Source: Saccostrea echinata
Lineage: Eukaryota
Direction: 5' to 3'
NCBI RefSeq assembly: GCF_033153115.1
Contig: NW_026889754.1
Coordinates: 10,044,001 to 10,108,000 of the forward strand
DNA: 64,000 nucleotides
In this document: positions 26,041-40,117 of the stretch, in pieces
Layout of the letters: each line of letters starts with the position of its first letter
How positions within the stretch are numbered: position 1 is the stretch's first letter
The notes under the pieces: generated by a model
The model's database searches: none
What the model was told of the DNA's origin: nothing
What the model saw: only the letters and a program-made list of their open reading frames with translations
Program-made: the position numbers and the translations under genes

Positions 26041-26220
26041 AGTCCATTTCAGGTAGAGCATTCGCTCCGTGATCGGGAGGTCGTGAGTTCGAATCTCGGC
26101 CGCGACCGACCTATGTCGATAAAAAATAGGTAGCAACTGTTCTAGCGCTCGGCACTTTGAAGTGAAAGTTGCCGGTCTTTCGGATGAGATCTTAAAAACC
26201 GAGGCCCCGTCTCATGGTAG
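26041..26220 (+). mobile_element. tRNA-derived SINE, 3'-truncated
   Basis: ggtagagc..gagttcgaatctcggcc A/B-box head; the body matches the copy at 52344. Confidence 0.8.
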
Positions 26221-28426
26221 ATTCAAACTTTTTTTTCACAATCAATTTTTCCCCCAATACACTAAATTCCTAAACTTTACCTACGCTACAGCAAACAGAG
26301 GGGGGAGGGGGCAGTCTTTCAATGAACATTTTCAAAGTTTGGGAAAAAAGTGGGAAGGGGCCCTGCGTCCCTGATTCTTCGTGCCTGATAAATAACTTGT
26401 TTTCAGACAGATAATTTTGTTCCACAGTACTTATATTAAATTGTGTGGTACACATTCACAGTCGTAATGAGGTGAAAAATTTAGTGACAGGTAACCTTGC
26501 TGAAAAGTGAACCCCTCATCCGATACAGCTTTTTAATTATTTTTTTTTTGTCCGAAATTCTTTTTTGGACCTTTCTGTCGCTTTCTCATTCTAGTCTTCT
26601 TTCAACTTCACTGGATCCTCGACAGATAAGAAATCACAACTCTGTTATATGTGGAATGATCTTAAGTAGAATATACGGGTAAAAAATTTTACTAGGTGAA
26701 ATATGAGTCTTTGTTTTTATATGCATAATATTAACAGCAATGTCTACAATGTAAACTTATGCAGATGCAACACGCTTATATTGTGCGTCGAATTGTAAAA
26801 TCTGAAAATATATTCAAACATCAACCGTGCACGTGTGTAAATGACTGAAAATACAAGACTTCAGAATATTAATTAACCTGATCAGTCCTGACCAACGGCA
26901 TCCAAAAGATTAAGAATTTATCCCCCCCCCCTTTCCAAAAAATAATGTGTTGCAAGGGGACCTATTGTGACGTCATCTTTGAGTTTATTGCGTAATTTAT
27001 TTACATACATGCAGACGTCAACTAGGCCGTTTCAGTAGCAAAATGAAATAAAGGCTCGAATTTTTAAAGCATTTTCTTTTCTGCAATAATACTTTTAGTG
27101 ATTTCATTAGTCAGCTGAACATTTTTATTTTATTGCTTTAGTTTATTAAATTGATCTCTTCCCTTCTTGCTGGCAACATTATCAAGTGTAAGGCTTACTT
27201 GTATAAAATAGTATGCCATTTCTATAAAACATTTTTTTAGTTTTTATGCTATTTTCATGACAAATATATTTGTATGAGCAATATAAATATGGTCAATCAA
27301 TAATAAATATATTTTGTAGCATTATTACACGAAATGCACCATTATTATTACTCCTAGATAAGAATTAGCCTCTCGACTAACTTGGTATCCGCCACCGGAA
27401 ATAGTCATAAAATGTCAAAATTAACATACTGCACATTCCTCGAGCAAATTCTTACCATTATTTTTGCTTGTCTTTTATCAAATTATTTTCAAATATATAT
27501 GTTTTATTTTGCTCGAGGGATGTGCACTACTTCAATTTTGGGAATTTGTTGTAAAAATAGTGGAAAAAATAGCAATTTCCGGAAAGAACGGATGTTTAAA
27601 TCCTGTGAATACCTCTAATCAACGTACTTGTGAAATTTTGTTATGCATATATCAAAACTACCAATCTTCTTCTACATGTACATAGCAGTTATATTTTTGC
27701 AAACGTGTATTTGAAAATACGAAAAATTGTGGGCCTTCGAATAAAACGTAACGTACTTAGTTCTTTCTGGGTTGGATTTTTTTTCACTGGGGTGGACCTT
27801 CCCCCTGGAAAAAATTCCTGGATCCGCGCCTGATTCAGGCATTTAGATTGATTGAATAATTGTTTAATTCCGTGATATAATATTGTCAAATTTATTTATT
27901 TTATTTTGTTACGTATGGAGACATTGCACATGCCATATTTTCTAAAGAACAAATTAAATTTTGTTTCCCGTGTTCGATGTATTTTTCGTAAGTTTCCTAA
28001 ATGCAGATATTACATGCTGCTACTCAACTAAAAGCACATAATAATTAAACATATTGAAAAGATAACCAAAGCTAATAAGTTCAAATGTTTGTTTTTGCTT
28101 TAATTGTATTCCGAAATTTTAATTTTAATCAATATTTTTTTTTTATTTGTTCCGTATTGACTAAATATTTATTACGTAACTTTTAATATTTCATAGATTT
28201 TTTTTTAACAAGACGCATGAATTCAATGCTTAAACAGTGAAAAGGGTAATCATGATCAGTTTAATATGTTTGATATGACCATTTTTCTTCCAGAATTTTA
28301 CTGGAAAATAATGACGCAATTTTATTGAAATCTCTAATGAGGAAATATACATGTACGGCGAATGAATGAAATTGTTTGTATGACAATCTATTTTCGAAAA
28401 AGATTGTTTCTTTTGTTTATTTTTTT

Positions 28427-30238
28427 TTATTAGCTCTTCTGAGCCAAAGGCTCAAAGAGCTAATGCTATGGCCATTTGTGCGGTGTGCGTAAACTTTTTA
28501 GAATATGGGCCATAACTCAAGAACCCCTTGGCCAATCATTGTCAAATTTGTCACAGGGTATCCTTGGCCCAAGGGCTACCATTTATACTAAAAGTAGGGT
28601 TGGGACCCTTAAACAAGGGGATATAATCAGGAAAATAAAACCAAAAGTACTGTTTGCTAAAAAATCTTCTCCAGAACTACCAGGCTGATTTTCACCAAAC
28701 TTACATACAAGGATCAGGATATGTTGAAGATTAAAATTTGCACGGGGAATTACCTTGGGGCAAAGGGCGTGGTCTCAAGGTCACTTCAAAGTTGACCAAA
28801 ATTTTACTTTATAAAAATATTGATATTTTGCTTATAAAGACTAGGATCATCAAATCTTGTAAGTTGATGCATCTTAGGACTTCACATCATGTTAACTCAA
28901 AAGTATCACGGTGACCTACTTTTTTAATTTTGCGGGCATTTGTTTTGAAATTAATTTTGAGACATATTTTGCACACTTTAAGGCCTATGATCATCAAACT
29001 TTGTCAGTTGATGCATCTTGGGTCCTCAAACAACGTCAACTTAAAAGTAGGTCACCTTGACCTACTTTTTGAATTTTATGGCTAATCCTTTCTAAAACAT
29101 TTAATCTCATTAATTCAGACACCGAGAGGTTTAGAATCATCAAATCTTGTAAGTTATGCATCTTGAGGCCTTAAAACATATTTATGAAAAATTAGGTCAC
29201 TGTGACCTACTTTTTACATTTTGCAGGCATTTGTTTTCAAATTGTTTTAAAGGCATATTTTGAATACTTTCAGACCTATGATCATCAAACTTTGTCAGTT
29301 AATGCATCTTGGGTCTTCGGAAAACATCGACCAAATAGTAAGTCACAGTGACCTACTTTTGACATTTTATGGCTATATTTACGTATCTTAGGTACTTATT
29401 GGCTTAGAATCATCAAACTTTGTCAGTTGATGCATCTTGGGTTTTCGGAGAATGTCAACCAAAAAGTAGGTCACGGTGACCTACTTTTGAATATCTCAGG
29501 TACTTATTGGCAAAGAATCATGAAACTTTGTCAGTTGATGCATCTTGGGTTTTCTGAGAATGTCGACCAAAAAGTAGGTCACCATGACCTACTTTTGACA
29601 TTTTATGGCTATATATAAGTATCTCGGGAACTTATTGGCTTAGAATTGTCAAACGTTGTCAGTTGATGCATCTTGGGTTTTCGGAAAATGTCGACCTAAA
29701 AGTAGGTTACGGTGACTTACTTTTGAATATCTCAGGAACTTTTTGGCAAAGAATCATCAAAAACTTTGTCAGCTGGTGCATCTTGGGTTTTCGGAGAATG
29801 TCGACCAAAAAGTAGGTCACCTACTTTTGACATTTTATGACTTTATTTAAGTATCTTAGGTACTTTCTGGCTTAGAATCATATGATGCACCTTGGGTTTT
29901 TTTTCCGAAAAATGTCAACCAAAAAGTAGGTCATGGTGACCTACTTTTGAATACCTCAGGAACTTATTTGCTTAGAATCATTAACCTTTGTCAATTAATG
30001 CATCATAAGTCCTCAGAAAATTTCAATTAAAAAGTAGGTCACGGTGACCTACTTATGGTACATGTATTTTATAGTTAAATTGAAATATCTTCAGTCCTAA
30101 CTGGTTAAGAATCATCAAACTTTGTCAGTTGATGCATCTTGGATCTTAGGATATTTAGAGTTAGGGCTTCAATATTAAAAGAAGTGATAGATTGTACAAT
30201 TTATCAGAAGAGCGATTCAAGGCCCTTGGGCCTTTGTT
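28427..30238 (+). mobile_element. HINE carrying a tandem array
   Basis: 5' ttAGCTCTTCTGAGCcaaagGCTCAAAGAGCT; 3' TCAGAAGAGCga, aggccc-t-tgggcct hairpin and ttgtt. Confidence 0.88.
28845..30145 (+). repeat. Satellite array of about 11 units (100-146 bp), most containing a palindrome
   Basis: Repeated atcatcaaactttgtcagttgatgcatcttggg ... AAAAGTAGGTCACgGTGACCTACTTTT. Confidence 0.9.
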
Positions 30239-33200
30239 TTATTTTGTTATAAGTCTATTGATCTTTCTATTTTCATCGTGTAGGATATATCCTAAATACA
30301 TTCCTTACACTACAGATTATTTAGATTTTTTGCTAAGGACGTAAAAATTGCACCTCCCTCTGATGATGACTATACAAAATCAAGTTCACGTGTACAAACA
30401 AGTGTTATATATTTTTCCCTTTGAATTAATGCTAATCATGCATCAGGTTAATGATATCTTGGGGACTACGTAAATATTAAACAATTAATGAAAATCTATT
30501 TAAAACTACAGTAGAAACTTGCCTAAAGCGCAAAACGGGAAAGGGGGGTGGGGGGTGGAGAAAAATGAAAAACAAGAAGCAAAAACAATATATTAAAGGT
30601 GATTATTTTGAAAATTCTCACTATTGTTTTCGGCTTCAAGAAGAAAGAAAAAACGGCAAGGGGACAGCCGTCTTTGAGTTTAAAAAATATAAACTAAATA
30701 CATGCATTGTATTACATCATAGCAAATGACTACATATTTCATTTTTAAAAAATGGGTGAAACTCGATCCATCCCCATCCCCCATCCGTTAGAGTACGTAC
30801 GTGCTACGAAATATGCGATTTTTTAAATATCGACCTTCTCTCTACTAATTCGTGTGTGTTCCATTTACATTATGAAATATGTACATGTGTGTAGTTGTAC
30901 CTTTGACAACATTTATACAGACAAATACAATTAGAGAGAGAGAGAGTAAAAACACAGTTACTAAAACATGCGATTTAGTTTGAATTGTTTTGAATACATT
31001 ATTATAATGCTTTAAACTTATTGATTGACTTCTTCAGTAATTCTCAAGTGTTGAGTTTCTCAGTTAAATTAGTATAACATAAAGTGATTGAGCATTGGGG
31101 GGGGGGTATCTTTTCTTTAATTCGGGGGGGGGGGGGGTTGTTAAATCTCAATTTATTAAATAACTGTTCATTGGAAAGGGTCCTCCCCCCCAAAAAAAGG
31201 GAGGGGCTACATTACTGCAGCTAGTTTTATTAAACCACCAATCCTTTTTAATTATGTTACCATGAATATTTTTTAGATACAAAATGCGAAAAAATGTGGA
31301 ATTTTGTGAAGTCTCATTTTAAATTTTAATAGGGTGAGTTTATGTATTTTAAAAATATTTATGTTAAATCATAATACGATTGCTATCGCAGAAATCGGTA
31401 CATTTATTTAAAATTTTGATAACGCCCAATATTCGGACACTCGGATTAGGGTTGAGACGCGAAGAACCGGGTCTAAAAAATTAATACACTATATATTTTT
31501 TTCTTTCCTGTTAAAAGATCGCAAGTGGACTCGCGTAACTGAAAAATATATTAAAAGATAAATGGGCTTCGTTCCAGTATTGCAAGTTGATAATAAACCA
31601 ACAGGAAGGATTAATTACCAAAAATTAAGGCGATATACTAGTATATGAATCTTTAACTTTAGTGATCTAATGGAGGGCGATTTTCATAATTTGTGGTTGA
31701 TATATGTTTGAGTAGACCATCCATCAAAAAATGCAGTTTATGTTTAATCTTGTATCAAAAGAAGCATGGAATCGGATACAAAGCTGACGGACTGCAGGTA
31801 ACCTGGGATGTTAAGTTTTAAAAACTATGTACAATTCATGAGGCGAGTTAGGGGGTCCCTCATTTTGAAATGTTCCATTTGAGTTATTAAATATCTATAT
31901 GTAAAAGTAACGAAAAACCAACCTTAGGAAAACAAAGCCCACTTAAAAAGTATGAGGAGAGAGTCGTGTATTTGGAAAAAAAAACTTAACCAAGCCCCTC
32001 CCCTATCCCCTCCATTCGTATACATGAATATACCCGGTACACAAAATATGTTTTTCACGTTTGAGCTGGTTGCTTCTGACTCGTATCCCACTAAAAAAAA
32101 AAAATCTGCACTCGCCACCGATTTCTGAAAATATTGTAAATTGTATACAAGTACAGACCGCTGTTTGAGACCGGAGAGGCCGTTAAATGTTTGAAAAATG
32201 AAAAAAAAAGCCGCTTTACCATTATTCATTTTCTTTCAAGTTAAACGAAAGAACATCGGTCACTGTACACGTTAAATCTAGAATGTGCATCCACTTCCTA
32301 TAACTATGTAATTGTTGCATAATGCTTCAATATTGGCAATTCTATCAAAAAGCAATGTACATGTATATTCATTTACGTTTAATATGTACTCTATACAGAT
32401 TGAAAATAAAGTAACAGTACTTATAAGGGTTGAGGTAAATCATTCACAATTTACTTGGGAAAAGAGTTGAGGCATACAAAGTTAGGACTATTCTATTTTC
32501 GACTCTCAGTTTTCAAAGTTCGTACTAGAAAATAATTATTTTTAAAAAATAAGTAAATAAATGAGAAATGACACATTTGATTTTTTTTATTTCATGTATT
32601 TAATGGCATAAAGGTTTGGCGTGTCAGGAAGACAAAAATTTCCTAACAGTATTTGAATTCTCTAAACAACAAGGTATAGCAATAAAATACGTGCGATTTG
32701 TTTTAGGTTAGTAAATTCTTGATAAAGGCGATACCCTCTATATTACACGGTCTTCTTATCAGTGTAGAGTTTCAGACTAGCTGGTTTATAAGTGAACGTG
32801 TTTGTTGGGGTATATCATTTTTTCTTTAGGAAAAAAACCCCATAAAATTTCAAACAGAATGCGTTCAGAGTACTTTTATTTTTAAACAATGTATTTATCT
32901 TCCGTACATTGTAAATACATACCAGTATGCAAAAAATGGAAAGTTTACCAATTCATATTCCGAAGTAATTTTAATGGCTATAATACATCCACTTTCCACT
33001 ACATATACTTCACAGTAAATTTACCAAATTATCAATCGGTGCATAATTTAATTTAAAAAAAATATAAAGAATCGACCGTGCAACTGTGTACGTGTTAGAG
33101 ATGACGTTATGTTCAGACAACACAATTTTTTTAAATGTCTCTTTCTTTTAAAAAAAATTACTTTGTCTCAGATTATGTGTTGAAACAGGATCTTCCTCGC

Positions 33201-33872
33201 CTTGATAAAATTTGTTAAAATTATACATAACGCAGGTGCGATTTACGTCATTGATACAACGTAAACCCGCAATTATTAATAACGTCACAACTATTGTAAC
33301 GTCATTTACGTGTGACGTTACGTTTTTTGGCAATTCAAAAAATTACGTTGGCAGCGAAAAGGTTAAAATAGCAAATCATTTCATTTTGTGGTAATTTGAA
33401 GAACATATATATTTGTGTGATGTCATAGTAAGCATTTCCCGTAAAAATTAGGCCCCGCCTCCTTATTGCAGCCTTAACTGTGCTGCGCAGTTCTTACCAT
33501 TTTGGCGCGTTCGCTGTTCAGAATGGCGCTAAAAGAGGGTACTCGTTCCCGATTATTATATATATATATGTGTGTGTGTGTGTACAGGTAAGGGAGAAAA
33601 AAGGGGTGAATCTAGGTTTTGAATGACAAATGAAAAAAAGTTAAAATATCTATTCTGGCAAGTTCTACAACTTTATTTTATACAAATCTAACACTATTAC
33701 AAAAAGATATAATTTACTTTCGTAACACATCTCTACGATTAGATAATCGAGACATTGTTTTTCAATGGACAATAACACGTCTAACACGTATCAACAAATC
33801 GATATCTGAGTGTTCTGTTCCATCGAGTTTCAAGGGGGCAGTTGTGAAACCATTGCTTAAAAAATAAGGTTT

Positions 33873-35109
33873 GTTGATTGATTGATTGATTAGGGTTTAA
33901 CGCCGAGTCGGCAATATTTCAGCCATATTTCGGCTGAACATTAATTCTACGAGGGCCGTTCAAAGATTACGCGGACTTGTTGCACAGAAAATATATTTGA
34001 CGACATAATCAAGCAAAAAGTCACAAATGATATAAAAGAATCTATTTATATATGGTCATCAAAATTCCACATAAAAATATTGTAAATTAGTATCAATTTC
34101 GGGTGATTTAACAGGACATATCATGAAGTCACGGCGCAGTAAAACCTTCAACGTCACGGGCATTTTAAAAAATGGGAGCTTTCATTATCTCAGTATTTTC
34201 CCTTAGTATATGATACTGTTTAGTTTGGGTTACCTTAACCACTCAAAATAAACATCCATATACCATTTTTGATCCAGCTTAATAACTATAAAACTAGTAT
34301 TATGTGTTCTAGTTTGTGTAAAACCCCAAAACTGCAGATATTTCTGAAGTAAAGTTTGACGTCAGTCGATCTCAATCACATTCTTAACAGTCCAGATCAG
34401 TGTTTTGTCGATGAACTTCTTCCATCACTCCTGGACTGTCTTTTAACTAAGATCTAACAGTCTAAAATTCTTTTCTATATTTTGTAGAGATGTGTCGGAA
34501 ATTCCGCTGGTTTACTATATGTTTCATCAAGCTTATTTGGCGTTTTCCCAGCACGATTCATGACTTGATAAAAGTGCGCTACTCCGTCAAATTACGAGAC
34601 GTCATTTTTGAAATTGATTTCGTAGGGGTCACATCGGAGAAAAATTGCAATATTTCTGTTAGTACTTCAAATATTACGTCAGAAATCTAAATACTTATAA
34701 TACAACAATAAAAAGAAATTTTTAGAGAAAATTGTTGAATGTTATCGTGAAATCTGGAAAATAAATAAATAAAATATTGAATACCGCATTTTTGTATTTC
34801 AACATTTTTGCCGTGCTCCGTACATCACCATCAGCAGTATCAAAACAGCAATAATTTTAAGAGAAATTGAATAAAATCAAAATATTTACCAAGGATTTAT
34901 TGGAATCTTTCAGAAATATGTTTCTGTGAAATTTCAATTCTATATGACGTCTATAAGAGTAAATAATAGTAGAGTCCGCGTAATTTTTGAACGGCCCTCG
35001 TATATGATCGGTTTTGAAAGATTTTTGGTTTCTCTGGCGGCCCCCAGTGAGCCTACTCTTTTCCGAAAACCAGAAAAACGATCTTTTGCGTGCCAAGGGG
35101 GTTGCAATC

Positions 35110-35141
<32 letters not shown>

Positions 35142-35160
35142 GACGGACTTAAAAATTTAA
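33873..35160 (-). mobile_element. 5'-truncated copy (3' UTR only) of the LINE at 15281, split by a Mariner MITE
   Basis: 33873-33935 and 35010-35160 match 15281-15345 and 15368-15520, including the (ttga)n tail. Confidence 0.88.
33950..35000. mobile_element. Mariner-type non-autonomous element, 1051 bp
   Basis: TA|CGAGGGCCGTTCAAAGATTACGCGGACT ... AGTCCGCGTAATTTTTGAACGGCCCTCG|TA (27/28 TIR match). Confidence 0.92.
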
Positions 35161-35199
35161 AAATAAAAATATTTAAAAAAAATTTAATACAAAATGGTC

Positions 35200-35683
35200 G
35201 CATTTTGCTAGGTATAGGAAGTTTCTGGGTAGGTGTTGACTCATCATTATATGCGTGCCATGCACAACTACTTTCACCTGTTGAAGGAGTCCTCTTAGGT
35301 TCCGACAACGGGGTTGCTGTGTGTCGAAGATGAGTAGATGGCTTTGCTGTGCAGTCATTCATCTTGTGCTCAGTATTTACTTCACCATGATCCTAATAAT
35401 CCTGAAACTCCATGACGTATTCCTCCATACCATCACTTGCGGGCTTGGCATAGCTATGGTCTATGCACAATGGTGGTAGAAAATCTATACATTCAATTAA
35501 TTCTGGAGTGACCCTTAGTTTAGGTATGCCTACAAATGTTTCCAAGTCAATGGGGCCTTGCTTTCTCAATTCCCATATACGGTCAGCTATGACCTGACCA
35601 ACACCTGGTAGGACTCCAAGATCTTCATAGGCACAGGTGTTGATGTTTATTTTGAATGGATTCTGCCTGTGTTTAGGCATCAT
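35200..35683 (-). pseudogene. Helix-hairpin-helix (ComEA/HHH_3-like) ORF, probably the N-terminus of a Gypsy gag
   Basis: ININTCAYEDLGVLPGVGQVIADRIWELRKQGPI; continues in frame past the stop at 35393 into a P/S/T-rich tract. The gag assignment is inference. Confidence 0.55.
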
Positions 35684-36899
35684 GTTACTTTGGGGGGGGG
35701 GGGGCAGAATATATAAACAAACTAGTGTGTTTAGTTTATTTCACAAAAATGTACAATAAGTTATATAAATCACCAAAACATATGTTAGCAGCTTAATTTA
35801 ATTCAATCTTCCAACTGGCAGGGAAGCGGATTCGGTATTACAATACCATGTGCTCGACCATGTGCATCTTCCGGTGATTAGCCTCACCGCGCATTTTTTC
35901 AACAAAATGCACAAAAACCATAATATTCGTCCAGAACCCTGCGGCCGTGATGACTATCACATCATGAATAAATAGAAATTCTCATAACTTTAAGCTAATT
36001 GTCAACCAATTTATAAAATTTACCGTAAATAAACGCGTGGGACTTTGACAGCTTCCCGCCAGAAAAAAAAATTAATGAATTTCAATACACGGTTTCTCGT
36101 GCAGAATCGATTGCTCGCAGCGGCAGTGAAGTATTGTATGTGTAAACTGACAACGCTGGTAAACGTTTATATGTGTATTCAGTATTAAATCATACAAGAC
36201 TTGCAACAGTATAAATGTGCAATCTTTACTGCACGGTCTCACACAACTGCACACTACCGTTCACCACTCAAACCAGACGACAACTAACTCGCACATGCGC
36301 ATCACACACGGACGGTGCCAGGTTAAGTCGTTCCTGCACACACTCATACCACACTACAATATATTGCTATACACTAATATGCAGTTTTCATTGTATATCT
36401 TGGGCTAAGTGGCATATATGATTTCAATTAAGTACAATAATGTCCAACTTTTTCAACATATGTGTAATTGAAAATTTAAATGTTTTATTTTATAATATAA
36501 CATTGCAATTCCTTCAAAGGATCAGACCTCTATCATCATCGAAAATAAGAGTCAATAAGGCGAAGATGATGTGTCTCGCTCTGCTATTTAACTTTTCACA
36601 CGGTTACAGATGTAAGAAATGTTGGCTACAGTTTTGAACTGTTTAACTGCAAGTAATGAGTGAAGCTTATGGTGCCAGAGGCCTGGAAAACTGTTCGCGA
36701 ACTTCTGACATCAAGATGTCCCACAATTGGATGGACCAATAATGAATCGCGGATCGATGTTAACCTTTTAACACATTCACTATTGTTTGAATAGATTTTA
36801 TTTTCCTAGAACCGAAAACTGGTGATAGTGTAGCAACTTATAGCAAATCTCCTTCTGGGATATCCGAAATTTCCTATGCGGTTTCAACGGGAACTTGTC

Positions 36900-38390
36900 T
36901 CGAAAACAATCTAGTCTTTGCAAATCAGGACCGGCAATGACTTCCTCAATATCACACGGTCTTTGCACTTTTTTCATTTTTTTGTTGGTTTTTTTTCCTG
37001 TTGATCTTTCATAGTTAAGTTGTATATCATTTTCTTTAAGTTCTTCAATGCCGACGTTCAGCTTTGCCGGATATAGTAAAAAAGCTTCCTAGGCTTGGAC
37101 ACCGGCACTTTTCCTGAGGGTGAAGTGTTACAGGATACTTGTCTCCTTTGCTTCATTCTACAATAAATGTTTGCGCCCCCGGGAGGATACACTCTATTAT
37201 TCTAGATGGCATCCAAAAGCAAGATACATTAGGGTAGTACTTTCTGAAGAATGTGCAGAAATCTGGTCTTGGTTATCGTTGTCCTTGAGAAGCTGTACAT
37301 GTCTCCATGGAAATCTCACTCTTTGTCATCTTTACAATTTCCTCATGTTGGCGGATGCTCTCTGGAAAGGAAACTTCATTCCTATCTAATGCACAGTACT
37401 GTGGATTTTTTAAGCTCGTCATCTTCCTCTAAGAATTTCGCCTTTGTAGAATGTCTGCAAATAATGCAGTGACAAAACCATGGCGTCAATGGGTGCTCCC
37501 TTTCGTTTGATTACAGTGTTGATGCTTCCAGATATGTTCTTTGTGATCCTCGAATTAGGGTCGTAAATACCTGGCGAGGAACCATGAATTTTTCCAAAGG
37601 GTTGGGGGGTGGGTGTTCATTCCCAGTCAAAAAAAAAAATCACCCCCCCCTCCCAAATAAACGTTAACTCCTTTCCCAAACGTAATAAAAAATATCAATC
37701 AATCAACAATCTTCACAATAAACAGTTAAATCCAGACTTGACTTCGGTTTCATCTGGCGTCACCAGTATGATTGGAGGCAACGTAAAGAACAACACTTCA
37801 CCGTGTACTCGGAACTGCAGAAGAAAAGAACATCACAAAGTTTGTGAATGAGGCAGAAGATGGCATACCTTCGTCTTGAGGTACAACAGCTAATGCATGG
37901 GAAGAAAGAAAAGATTTGCTAATCATGTCATCAAAAAGGACATCCTTAAAAAGAACCGCCTGAACCTTTCTAAAGATTTAAACAGGAAGAATCTGTCGTT
38001 GCGAGCAGGACGAAAGGAAGTTATACACGTATACAAGGCTCGCTCGTGAGGAAATATTCTACTGCTGTGATTGACATTGGTGGTGTTACTATTGAATGTA
38101 TTATGTATTGTTATTTTTTTAATAAAGTCTAATAACACTGGATCAATAAAATAATAAAAGCTTTCACAGCAGTACACACACACACACACACACAAAAACA
38201 ACGACACGCTCTTCACAAAATAAAATGGCGTCCAGAAACAGAGCAATTCCTGAGAAAATGGATGTCGACATCGTAGGACCAGCAAAGGATTGGCCATTGT
38301 CCACTAGACGATTGTTTTGGACTCCATGTTTGAAGCACTTTCAAAGAATTATTATTAGTGCTTTCGTTTGTATCAACGGTTTAAATCCAT
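36900..38390 (-). pseudogene. MULE/SWIM-type transposase relic
   Basis: Minus-strand fragments WSYD..F...SVS (about 38270), SINTVIKR..PIDAMVLSLHYLQTFY..EILRG (about 37530-37430) and VTLHPQEKCRCP (SWIM-like, about 37130). Confidence 0.5.
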
Positions 38391-38999
38391 GTATTTTTTA
38401 GGGATTGGGTTGCGTTAATGAGATTGGCCAAGATTCCTCGGCCATCAACCTCTTTAATGCACTTTTCAGGTAAGGTTAATTAAAAAAATGCAACTTAAAA
38501 AAAAAAACATTTCGACGTTACTTCCAAACCATAAGTTAGATATTTTAGAACTCAATTGTAGGTTATTCTCCAATGGGAGAAATTACAACCTCTACGCATG
38601 GAATGTCAGGGCTAGGCGATATGAGTATATAGACGGACGGGTAAGAAGATACGTTCCCAGATATTTACGTTAAAATCTGTACATTTCAAGAATTAAGATA
38701 TGTATTCGTAAACTTTTAACATGCTTTCTTTTTTTTCTCTTTTTATTTCTCGTTTGCCAAGGATTTCAGATTAGCTGTATTCAGTGCAATTTCTGGTGTG
38801 ACGTCAATACCCCGCCCCAAAGACGTCAATACCCCGCCCCAAACTATACATATTCAATTATTTTAATTACATTGTAACTGGCCTACACCCCCCCCCCTTC
38901 ACGTTATAAAATGAACCTTCCCAAGAATTGTTCTCAGTGAGCTCTAGGTCTGCCCGTGCAAAACAAGGAAAAGTGGCGGGAGCTACCGCGAGAGACGCA

Positions 39000-40117
39000 C
39001 AAACGACATTCTAGACATAACTCCCGCAGATTTCGTCAACCCATGGTACTTTTTCCAACTTTTTTCAAGGTCTGACAATGAGCTTTACCGATGGTGTAGG
39101 CAAAATAATCTGCTGGCCACATCTTTTGCTTGCCCTCTTGAGAACTGTGCTGGGGACATGACATAAGCTACTTTATCACGTGCTTCCGGTGGGGTCATTT
39201 TCCGCTGTTCCTTAAACAGACTTCACACCAAGTCCTCAACAAGATATTCATTTTTTGACAGAAGCAATTTGGTGTTGCAGGACATTGTATTGTTTATTAT
39301 ATGTTATTTAGAGAGATATAGTCTTGCTCAATGTTCCCGCTTTTCGGGAATGTCGTACACTACTAAAGCGTTAAACTGGGCATCTTTTATAAGAGAGGTG
39401 TTTAAGGAATACTTTCACACCACCATCCGCCACCGCAAATTTCAAGGCATTGGAAATTGATGAATCCCTCTTTGGCAGGCGGGTTAAATTCCACAAAGGC
39501 AACCCAAATCGTGGTTTGAAGGTAAGTTGCCTCCATTTCACATATTCATTTCAACCACTTTCTTTTCAAGTTTTGGTGGGTACAAATTTGATTAATGCAT
39601 GCATTTTGATTTATAGGCGTCTTTGCTTAAGCAGGATTTTTTGTTTTATTTTAGATATGGATATTTGGCATCATTTTATACCCAGTGTCTGACATAAGTG
39701 ACGAAATCCTGCTACCCATCATCGAGAGACACATAGAAAAAGGTTCATCAATATACAGCGATGGTTGGTTTGCGTACTGCCCTCTGAATGATCTCGGCTA
39801 TCAGCACTTCACCGTTTTACACAAGTACGCTTTCAAGAAGTCATATATCAATAAAGAAACAAATGAAGAGGTCTATGCCCATACAAACAGGACAGAGGAT
39901 GGCAGGGACCAAGATAACACAATTTGAGGGCCATTTTGTCGAGATCATGTGGAGGGCAGATGTTAAGTCCAATATTAACAACGGATTCTTCAACCACCTA
40001 AAATCTATTTACACCTCAAATGCGCCACCCAAATACCACTACACAACACCACTCTTTGATACATGGGCAGGGTTGGTAGAGGTATCAGAGTCCCAAGTAA
40101 AATTCTTGGGAAATTAA
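39000..40117 (+). pseudogene. Merlin (IS1595/ISXO2-like) DDE transposase relic
   Basis: EIDESLFGRRVKFHKG, intron 39522-39654, WIFG, LLPII.RHIEKGS.IYSDGW.AY..L..LGYQHFTV.H, HTNR.E; N-terminal Cys motif CP..C..FRC. Confidence 0.85.

Larger units (their letters stand above)
21930..33362. mobile_element. Possible large non-autonomous piggyBac-type element filled with nested insertions
   Basis: TTAA|CCACTTCTGTGCCAA ... TTGGCAGCGAAAAGG|TTAA (11/15 TIR match, TTAA on both sides); no transposase seen. Confidence 0.4.

Noticed and set aside
28845-30145. CRISPR-like array of palindromic repeats
   Set aside because: The intervening sequences are homologous to each other, there are no cas genes, and the array lies inside a HINE in eukaryotic DNA.
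21930-33362. Host genes among the many 60-100 aa ORFs
   Set aside because: No recognisable domains or coherent exon chain; these lengths are expected by chance.
33440-33560. Definite 5' terminus of Helitron 1
   Set aside because: No inverted copy of the 3' subterminal motif (gcggccgaa) was found there.
34857-35200. ORFs spanning 34857-35362 and 15301-15543
   Set aside because: Chance frames across the LINE 3' UTR and a MITE TIR.
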